A stretch of DNA of 64,000 nt from NCBI RefSeq assembly GCF_000737315.1, contig NZ_JMCB01000006.1, forward strand, positions 930,001 through 994,000, written 5' to 3'. The stretch's first letter is position 1; each line of letters opens with the position of its first letter. The stretch is from Hyalangium minutum. GTDB lineage: Bacteria; Myxococcota; Myxococcia; Myxococcales; Myxococcaceae. Both the position numbers and the translations under genes were made by a program. Under the pieces are notes generated by a model. It had not been told where the DNA came from. It did no database searches and was given only the letters and a program-made list of their open reading frames with translations. Positions 39,521 to 47,500 of this stretch are shown here, in pieces.

Positions 39521-40306
39521 ATGCCGCCGAAGATCGTCCACCACGACACGGAGCCGCCCGGACCGTGCAGCTACCTGCCCGACCAGCAGGCCTCGCTCGA
39601 GCAGATGGTGATGATGGACGTGTCGCCCGAGGAGTTCGAGGCGATGCTCTCGCGCGGGTGGCGCCGCTTCGGCCCGGTGTACTTCCGGCCCGCGTGCCAG
39701 GCGTGCTCCGAGTGCGTCACCCTGCGCATTCCCACCGCCACCTTCCGGCCCAACCGCAGCCAGCGCCGCGCCCGCGCCGCCTGCTCCCACTTCCGCGTGG
39801 AGGTGGGCATCCCCAAGGTGGATCCCGAGCGGCTGGCGCTCTACCACGCGTGGCACGGCTGGCGGGAGGAGGCCCGGGACTGGCCCGCCTCGGAGCTGAC
39901 GGCCCGCGAGTACTTCCTCCAGTTCGCCTTCCCCCACCCGTGCGCGCGCGAGGTGGCCTGGTATGACGACGAGGCCGAGGGCGGCCCGAAGCTCATTGCC
40001 GTGGGCCTGTGCGACGAGACGGCGGACTCGTGGAGCGCGGCGTACTTCTTCTATCACCCGGCCTACGCGGAGTACTCGCTGGGCACCGCCAACATCGTGA
40101 AGCAGGTGGAGCTCGCCCACGAGCGTGGCCTGCCGCACATGTACCTGGGCTATCGCGTGAGGGGCTGCGCCTCGCTGCGCTACAAGGGCATGTTCCGTCC
40201 GCACGAGCTGCTGGAGGGCCGCCCCGGTCCGGAGGAGACGGCGCGCTGGCAGACCATCACCGAGCCGGATGCTCCTCCGGCCCCGAGAGGCAAGGGCGAG
40301 GAGTAG
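39521..40306 (+). CDS. Arginyltransferase / Asp-Glu leucyltransferase (Ate/Bpt family)
   Basis: PCSYLP, GWRRFG...RPACQACSEC.LRI, RSQRR, SLGT, YLGY motifs. Confidence 0.9.
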   Translation: MPPKIVHHDTEPPGPCSYLPDQQASLEQMVMMDVSPEEFEAMLSRGWRRFGPVYFRPACQACSECVTLRIPTATFRPNRSQRRARAACSHFRVEVGIPKVDPERLALYHAWHGWREEARDWPASELTAREYFLQFAFPHPCAREVAWYDDEAEGGPKLIAVGLCDETADSWSAAYFFYHPAYAEYSLGTANIVKQVELAHERGLPHMYLGYRVRGCASLRYKGMFRPHELLEGRPGPEETARWQTITEPDAPPAPRGKGEE

Positions 40307-40315
40307 ACTGAGGCC

Positions 40316-40837
40316 ATGTCCGGCCCTCCTCCGCTGCCCTGGTTCGCCTTCGCGCTCTCGCTCTCGCCGGATGTGGCGCGCGAGCGGCTCCGGAACCTGC
40401 CCGTCCTCCCGCTGCCGGATGGGGAGCTGGCCGAGGCGCTGGATGTGGACCTCCTTTATGACGCGCAGGCCGCGGAGTGGGGCGGGCGGGTGGCGCGGCT
40501 GGTGGATGCGCCGGGCCGCAAGGTGCTGGGGCTGCTGCGGCGCATGCCCGCGCATACCTGGACGGTGGTGGCGCGGCTGGAGTCGGCGCTGGCGCAGGCG
40601 GCCGAGGAGCGCATGGTGCGGGTGCGCACGGCCTCCGGGGCTACGCTCTCCGCGCGAGCCTTCACGCCACCGGCTCCGGGGCAGGCTCCGCAGGGCGTGG
40701 TGAGTGTGGCCTTCCTCGAGGCCCATGCCCGGGCCGCCGAGCGCGCCTTCCTCCCTGCCGCCTATGTGGAGCGGCTCCAGGCCGAGGCGCGCATCGTCCA
40801 GACCGTTCAGCGGGCCCAGGCGGACCGCATCCGCTAA
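40316..40837 (+). CDS. Gamma-glutamylcyclotransferase-like protein
   Basis: WFAFALSL (variant of YFAYGSNL), VLGLL...LES, and P...Y...L..EA pattern. Confidence 0.65.
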   Translation: MSGPPPLPWFAFALSLSPDVARERLRNLPVLPLPDGELAEALDVDLLYDAQAAEWGGRVARLVDAPGRKVLGLLRRMPAHTWTVVARLESALAQAAEERMVRVRTASGATLSARAFTPPAPGQAPQGVVSVAFLEAHARAAERAFLPAAYVERLQAEARIVQTVQRAQADRIR

Positions 40838-40865
40838 GTCCCTGTCTTTACAGGTGAGCCTACAT

Positions 40866-40901
40866 GTGAGGAAACTTCTCACGAGTTAAGAGCGATAACT
40901 C
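40866..40901. promoter_or_regulatory. Two abutting inverted repeats, possible operators upstream of the nuclease gene
   Basis: GTGAG-N7-CTCAC (40866-40882) immediately followed by GAGTTA-N7-TAACTC (40883-40901) in an AT-rich gap. Confidence 0.4.
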
Positions 40902-40950
40902 TTTACCTTCCTTCCTCCCCTTTGGAAGGGCGCCTCAGGAGGCCCGCCCG

Positions 40951-42306
40951 ATGCAGATTCCCCCGAAGAGCGCTGCGCCTTCGCTCGTGGCGTCCATTAC
41001 GCCGGGGACGAGCGTGTCCGGCACGTCCTGGCAGCGCTCCACGGCGCGCGAGGTGCCCATCTCCGAGCTGCAGCAGAAGTTCGGTTGGAAGGAGGGGAGC
41101 TGGCAGGCGGATCTGCTGAAGGCGGCGGACGCGGCGAGCCCCACGAGCTCGCGCCGGGACAACGGCAGCGTGTCGGCGGCGGAGGTGGACCGCTACCTGC
41201 AGAACCCGGGGGACGCGCGCTTCCTGACGTCCACGGCGCTGCAGCAGGAGCGCAAGGCGCTGGAGCAGAAGCTGGCGGGCGGTGCGAATTCGCTGGCGGT
41301 GGATGCGTTCGACAGTGACTGGCAGGACGCGGTGGCGCGCCGGGCGGACCTGAGCGGGGACGGGAAGGTGTCGCGCACGGAGCTGGACTCCTTCTTCACC
41401 GAGGTGAAGGCCGGCAAGGTGCAGGACGTGCAGTGGGTGCCGGATCAGAAGAGCGCGATGTTCGAGAGCAAGGTGGCCGAGAGCGCGGGAGAGGTGGATC
41501 CGCTGCGGCCGCCCGGCTCGGAGGGCCGCGGCCGGGAGCTGCTGAAGGAGTACATGCGCGTCTCGCTGGACGAGGCGAAGAACGTGCCCTCGTTCGTGAG
41601 CCACATGCTGTCGGCGGCGGACCTGGAGGAGCGGCCGCTCGACGTGGACCGGGACAAGAGCCAGTTCGAGGCGGACCCCGAGCTGGGCTCGAGCGGGGTG
41701 AAGGGCACGGACTACCGGGGCTCGGGGTTCGATCGCGGGCACATGAAGCCGGCGGCGGACTCGCCGGATCAGGCGGCGATGGACGAGAGCCACCTGATGA
41801 GCAACATGGCGCCGCAGTACCCGAACGTGAACCAGCAGTCGTGGGCGACGCTGGAGGACGCGGTGCGGGACTTGGTGAGCACCACCGGCGGCAAGGCGTA
41901 CGTGATGACGGGCAACCTGTACCTGGATGCGCAGGGCAAGTCGCTGCCGCCCGAGGCGCTCCAGACGATTGGCAACGAGGCGCGCCGCATCGCCGTGCCG
42001 ACGCACAACTTCAAGACGGTGTTGCTGGAGCTGCCCAACGGCAACCTGAGCATGTTCGCGTACATGGTGCCCAACGTGAAGGACGCGCCGAAGGGGACGG
42101 ACAACATCGCTCGCTTCCTGGAGAGCTCGCGCACGTCGGTGGACCGGATTGAAGAGCTCCTGGGGGAGGATTTGTACGCGCAGCTGCCTGAGTCCGTGCA
42201 GGCGAAGCTGGAGGCGGACAGCTCGGCGAAGCTGGCCTTCCGCGAGGCCAGCCAGTACCAGTCGGCCTCGCTGCTGCGGATGCGGGAGGCCGATACCCAG
42301 GCGTAG
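40951..42306 (+). CDS. DNA/RNA non-specific endonuclease (NucA-like) with N-terminal EF-hand-like motifs
   Basis: FDRGHMKPA, SNMAPQ...N...W..LE, VPTHNFK. DLSGDGKVSRTE EF-hand loop. No signal peptide evident. Confidence 0.88.
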   Translation: MQIPPKSAAPSLVASITPGTSVSGTSWQRSTAREVPISELQQKFGWKEGSWQADLLKAADAASPTSSRRDNGSVSAAEVDRYLQNPGDARFLTSTALQQERKALEQKLAGGANSLAVDAFDSDWQDAVARRADLSGDGKVSRTELDSFFTEVKAGKVQDVQWVPDQKSAMFESKVAESAGEVDPLRPPGSEGRGRELLKEYMRVSLDEAKNVPSFVSHMLSAADLEERPLDVDRDKSQFEADPELGSSGVKGTDYRGSGFDRGHMKPAADSPDQAAMDESHLMSNMAPQYPNVNQQSWATLEDAVRDLVSTTGGKAYVMTGNLYLDAQGKSLPPEALQTIGNEARRIAVPTHNFKTVLLELPNGNLSMFAYMVPNVKDAPKGTDNIARFLESSRTSVDRIEELLGEDLYAQLPESVQAKLEADSSAKLAFREASQYQSASLLRMREADTQA

Positions 42307-42343
42307 CGGCGCTCCGTGCACCGTATATAAGGAGGGGCGCGTC

Positions 42344-43243
42344 ATGGCCCTCTCCTCTGCTGCTTCCACGGCTCGCGCCACGGCGATTGGCGCGGTGGCC
42401 ATTCTGCTCTGGGCGTGCCTGGCGTTCCTGACGACGGGGACGGGGGACATTCCTCCGTTCGAGATTGTGGCGATCTCGTTCGCCATCGCGTTCCTGCTGT
42501 GCGTGGGCAAGTGGGTGCTGTTCCGCGAGGACATTGCCGGCCACCTGCGCCAGCCGGCCGCAGTGTGGGGCATGGGGGTGGGTGGGCTGTTCGGCTACCA
42601 CTTCTTCTACTTCCTGGCGCTGAAGACGGCGCCACCGGTGGAGGCGAACCTCATCAACTACCTGTGGCCGCTGCTCATCGTGCTGTTCTCGGCGCTGCTG
42701 CCGGGCGAGCGCCTGCGGTGGTGGCACATCGCTGGGGTGGTGCTGGGGCTGTGCGGCTCGTTGTTGCTGGTGACGGGCGGGGGACGCGTGGCGTTCCGGG
42801 CGGAGTACGCGGCGGGGTATGCCTCGGCGCTCGCGTGCGCGGTGACGTGGGGGGCGTACTCGGTGCTGTCGCGCCGCTTTGGGGCGGTGCCCACGGACAC
42901 GGTGGGAGGCTTCTGTGGGGCGACGGCGGTGCTCGCGGCGCTGTGTCACGGGGTGTTCGAGCGCACGGTGTGGCCGAGCCCGGCGGAGTGGGGCGTGTTG
43001 CTGCTCATGGGCGTGGGGCCCACGGGCTTGGCGTTCTTCGTCTGGGATGTGGGGATGAAGCGGGGGAACATCAAGGCGCTGGGCGGGCTCTCTTACGCCA
43101 CGCCGCTGCTCTCCACGCTGCTGCTCATCCTGGCGGGAAGGGCGAGCCCGAGTGTGGAGCTGGCCCTGGCCTGTCTGTTCATCGTCGGCGGCGCGGTGCT
43201 CGCCTCGCGGGACTTGTGGGCGCGGACTACCCGCTCAACATGA
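42344..43243 (+). CDS. DMT/EamA (YddG-like) transporter
   Basis: About 10 TM helices in two EamA repeats, EANLINYLWP, AGGAGG Shine-Dalgarno before ATG 42344. Confidence 0.9.
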   Translation: MALSSAASTARATAIGAVAILLWACLAFLTTGTGDIPPFEIVAISFAIAFLLCVGKWVLFREDIAGHLRQPAAVWGMGVGGLFGYHFFYFLALKTAPPVEANLINYLWPLLIVLFSALLPGERLRWWHIAGVVLGLCGSLLLVTGGGRVAFRAEYAAGYASALACAVTWGAYSVLSRRFGAVPTDTVGGFCGATAVLAALCHGVFERTVWPSPAEWGVLLLMGVGPTGLAFFVWDVGMKRGNIKALGGLSYATPLLSTLLLILAGRASPSVELALACLFIVGGAVLASRDLWARTTRST

Positions 43244-43508
43244 CTTCGGAGAGGGTCGTGGCCTTCAGGGCGCGATCGAACCACTGATCGAGCGTGTCCA
43301 GGTCTGTGCACGACAGGATGCGCTGGCGATCCGCATCGAGCACGGGGATGCCACGGGCAGCCAGGATCTTGAGGACGCTGTGGGCCCGTTCGAGCGCCTG
43401 GCCTTCCGCCCGCCCTTCCGCTCGCCCTTCCGCTCGCCCTTTATCCAGGCCCTCCACCAAGCCTCGGGCGTGTCCCTTCTCCATGAGCATTTCCGCGATG
43501 GTGCGCAC
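43227..43508 (-). CDS. Putative intragenic in-frame small protein (RpnS-like antitoxin), 93 aa
   Basis: AAGGAGGAG followed by CAG then an in-frame GTG (43508), giving VRTIAEML. Confidence 0.55.
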   Translation of the reverse strand: MRTIAEMLMEKGHARGLVEGLDKGRAEGRAEGRAEGQALERAHSVLKILAARGIPVLDADRQRILSCTDLDTLDQWFDRALKATTLSEVMLSG

Positions 43509-44267
43509 CTGCTCCTCCTTGCTGTGCTCACTGGCCACTGAATTTAACACGCGCCACAGCGCTTCGTAGGCAGCGTCCCGGCCTACGTAAAACAGGTAAT
43601 GCACCACGGCGTGTAGCTGCTCCACACCTTGCGGAGAATCCAGCAATTCGGCCAGCAACGGTCTCCACCGGTCCAACAACACGGCGACGTGTTCGGAGCG
43701 GCCGAAGCGCAGCAGCAGCAGCGCTAGTGGCACCAGGGGTGGACCCGCCCGAGCCCTGAGCACCTCCTCTCGCTCCGCTGTCAGGTCGTCCACCAGATAC
43801 TCCAAGCGTGGCACCAGCACCTGCCATCGCTCCGCACCTTCTTTCGGAAGATGGAACAGCTCCTCCATCCTTCGGGGCGCCGTCCAGCCACTCTCCGGCC
43901 CGTGATACAGCACTACGGGAATCACCACGGGCAGCGCTTCGCTGTCCGGGTGCCGTTGAAGCCAGTGCTCCAGCTGGCGCACCACGTAGCGCAGCATTCG
44001 GAAGGCCATCCATCGGTCTACCGAGGACTGGTGCTCCAGCAGGAAGTAGAGCAGCACGGGCTGCCCGCAATGGAGCCGGGCCGAGAACAGCAAGTCGCTC
44101 TGGCTCTCACGCAGCTTGGGGTCCACCACGGTCCCCGACTCATGCTGGAGCGTAGACCAGTCCACCCGGGCAGCCACTTCGGGTGGCAACACGGCTCTCA
44201 GCTCCGCCGCTGCCCGCTCGGGGTGACTGAAGGTGTAGCGCGCGAACAAGTCATGAGGCCCCGGCAT
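43227..44267 (-). CDS. Rpn family recombination-promoting nuclease / YhgA-like putative transposase (Transposase_31)
   Basis: HDLFAR.TF, SDLLFS...LEHQS...MAFRMLRY, PVVLYHG, TIAEML, and GRAEG repeats. Start ATG 44267. Confidence 0.92.
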   Translation of the reverse strand: MPGPHDLFARYTFSHPERAAAELRAVLPPEVAARVDWSTLQHESGTVVDPKLRESQSDLLFSARLHCGQPVLLYFLLEHQSSVDRWMAFRMLRYVVRQLEHWLQRHPDSEALPVVIPVVLYHGPESGWTAPRRMEELFHLPKEGAERWQVLVPRLEYLVDDLTAEREEVLRARAGPPLVPLALLLLRFGRSEHVAVLLDRWRPLLAELLDSPQGVEQLHAVVHYLFYVGRDAAYEALWRVLNSVASEHSKEEQVRTIAEMLMEKGHARGLVEGLDKGRAEGRAEGRAEGQALERAHSVLKILAARGIPVLDADRQRILSCTDLDTLDQWFDRALKATTLSEVMLSG

Positions 44268-44517
44268 TGCCAGCGCGGTACAGCATGTCGCGTGCCAACA
44301 CGGCGGGACTGAGGGGCACGGACTAAACGCCCGTGGTTCCTCGGACAGACGAGAGGACCGAGGGCCTGTCCTCGCGCCACAATTCTCGCGCGGTGGACGG
44401 TGAGTCCGGCGAGGGAGACGCTGAACTCCTTGTCGGCGCCACCCTCCGGGAAGGTTCTGGCTAAACCTGTCCGACAAGTAGACCGGTTCAGCGGAGTCCC
44501 GCAGGGACGGCGGCGGC

Positions 44518-47500
44518 TCAGGGCAGCGTCACCTCGTAGTACGTGCGTTTCTCTCCGGGTCGCTCACCCGGCCAGACCGCCCAGCCTTCCCAGGCGCCGC
44601 CCTGCTTGCGCAGGCACCGTGTGTGGACGCGCATGCGCTTCAGGTCGCGCTGAACCTCCAGCAGGTTGAACAGGCGCGGAACGGACTCGGGACGGTGGTG
44701 GGTGGGAGCACCGAAGCTCCCTGCGCCCACGACATGGAGCCGCCGTCCCGGATGCAGGTAATTCACCAGGTCGGCTCGATCCTCGTGCACGTGTCCGTGG
44801 AGACAGGCGCGGATGTCCGCCTGCAGCAACCGGCCCATGAAAGAGTCCGCCTGGATCTTCTCGTTGCCCGTGATGGGGTGGTGCCACACCGCGATTCGCA
44901 GCACCTGGGCGTCCTCCTGAAGCTCACCCCGCTTCCGTGCTCCGGCCAGCTCGAGGTGGGCGGCCTCGAGGCCACGGGAGAGGGCCCGCTCGGAGATGCT
45001 GGAGCGCTCGGTGAAGTACTCGTCGATCTCCCAGGCCGAGTTCATGGCCAGGAACTGGATGCGCGACTCGCTGAAGAAGAAGGAGAGGCACTGCTCCTCG
45101 GACGCCAGCGGGTACGGCCGCTGCATGAGCGGGTGGTAGAAGTGCTGGGAGAAGTTCTTGAAGCGCTCCGGATACTTCGCCTCGTCCCGCAGGTAGTACC
45201 CGTCACCGTCCTCCTTGTACGTGCCCGGCACGAGCGCGCGGGCGTCCACCTGGCGCTTCTTCTTCCGGGTGTACACCTCCGTGTCCCAGTCCAGGTCGTG
45301 ATTGCCCGGCACGAGGATGCAGCGCTCGGACGTGAGACCGAACCGCTCGATGAGCGAGGACACGAACTCGCGCGCCTTCTCGAACTCCTGGGGTGAGGCC
45401 CTGTTGGTGAGGTCTCCCGAGATGACCAAATAGTCCAGCCTGTCCACCCCGAGCCCGTCGTACCGGTCCTTCAGGTCCGCATCCAGCGGCTGGAGCAGGC
45501 TCAAGGGATCCTGCGTGGCGCCCACATGGAGATCGCTCAGGTGGAGGATGCGCAGCGGGGTGTCAGCGGAGGTTTTCACGGTCTTGGCCTCGGTGATGCT
45601 CACCCTCGTCTCGGTGATGTTTTGGGAGCGCTGCTCTTGAATGTCGGTGCGCAGCGCTCGGACCTGCTGGTGCAGCTCGGGGTTGCGCTCGCGTGCCTGT
45701 TGGGCGCCCAGCGTCAGCGGTGTCCGGCGATCGCACACGGGGCATCCAATGTCCGAGTGGCCCACGTGGAGCCGCTCCCGGACGACGTCCTCGGCGAACA
45801 CCCGGCCACACGTGCAGGTGATACTCAGCCGCTCCAGCAGCTCCACCCCCTGCTCGCGCAGGTGCTCCTCGATGATGTTCACGAACAGCGCGCGGGTGGT
45901 GGTGGGCGTCTCCGGATCGAAGTAGACGTCGAGCCGTGCGTGGCCACGAGCCCCCTGGCGGCCCTCACGCACTCGGCGGACGCCCGAGCTCTCCTGGCCT
46001 GCAAGGCTGAACTCGGCCCGGTCTTGCCACAGCCGCATGGGACCAAACCGGCGGCTCAGCGCGAGCGAGGTGACCAGCGAGGCGTAGATGTTGTCGATGG
46101 GGCCGGAGAAGTCGTAGTGCAGCGAGATGGCGTGCGGGAAGTCCTGGCCTGCCTCCTGCTGCGTCGGGCGGAAGAGCGAGGGGAAGATGAGCAGCCCCTC
46201 ATGGCGCAAGCAGAGCCCGTGCTCGAGCAGCAGCTCGATGACGCAGTCGAGCACCAACAGCTCCTGGTCGCGAGGCAGGCGCTCCGCGGCGGCGAGGCGC
46301 GGGAACTTCATGGCTGGGGAGAGCACCTTGGCCACGTCGATGGCGGGCACTCCGTGGGGATTGTCTCGCGCGGCGAGGATGAGCGAGCCGGCGTAGCGCT
46401 CCACCTGCTCCACTTCGAGGACGAGGACGCGGGTGCCGTCGGCCAGCCGTGTGTCGGCGACACGCCCCTGACGGGCGAGCGGTCCCACGACGGAGCGGAG
46501 CACCTCCGGGTCGAAGTCGTTGCCCATCTCCCGCCGCAGCTCGGCCTCCAGCTGCGAGAAGGTGAGCACCACGTGCCGGGCTTCGCGCAGCTGCTGCAGG
46601 TGCTGGCGCATGCGCTGGAAGAGCTCCGGGCGACTGACCTGCTCGATGCTGTTCCAGTCGATGGCCTCGGCCAGCGCGGCCTTCAGCTCGGGGATGCCCT
46701 GGCCCGTCTTGGCACTGGTGGACAGATAGGAGGTGAACTGGCAGCGCTGCACCAGCCGCTCGATGGCGGGCAGATCCACCGGCGAGTCCAGGCTGTCCAC
46801 CTTGCTGCCCACCAGGAGCTTGCGGATGTTCCGGGTGCCGGTGTGCGCCAGGAGGCGCTGGTTCCAGCCTTCGATTTCCTCCAGGGCCCGCTCGCCGCGT
46901 CCCGGCTCCATGACCATCACGGCAGCGGTCGAGTCCCGCAGGAAGAGCTGATGCACGAGCTGGTACTCGTTCTGTCCTCCCATGTCCCAGAGGATGAGCT
47001 CGCGCCGCGTCTGGGCGCTGGTGGGGTCCGAGCGCTGGGGCTCCGCCGGGAGGGACCAGAACCGCATCCCGTGGGTGGACTCCATCTCTTCGTAGCGATC
47101 CTGAGCCATGCGCAGCGCGAGGCTGCTCTTTCCCGCGCGCCCTTCCCCCACGAGCACCACCTTCGCGCTGACCTCGTGGACGGTGGCGGACGGAGGCTTG
47201 GCTCTCAAGAGAGTGTCCGCGTCGATGTCCCAGAGAAAAAGGCTGCGGAAGTCTGGTCCCACGGAGGCCAAGATGTTGCGCGTGGGAGAGAAAGCCACTC
47301 CCCGAGTCAGGAATTTCTTCGAGGAGGGGGACTGGAAGCGTGCCACTATCTCCCAGGTATCGGTGCGGAACAGGAGAATGTCTCCAGTCGTCGAATGGGA
47401 GGCGAGCAGGCGGCCATCTGCGGAGAACGAGACGGACAGCACCGAGGCTGTGTGGCCTTCCAATCGCGTCACTGTGCGGTCTTGCTCGGCATTCAAGACA

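Noticed and set aside
43227-44267. Active insertion sequence
   Set aside because: No terminal inverted repeats or target duplication seen, and Rpn/YhgA proteins are PD-(D/E)xK nucleases rather than proven transposases.
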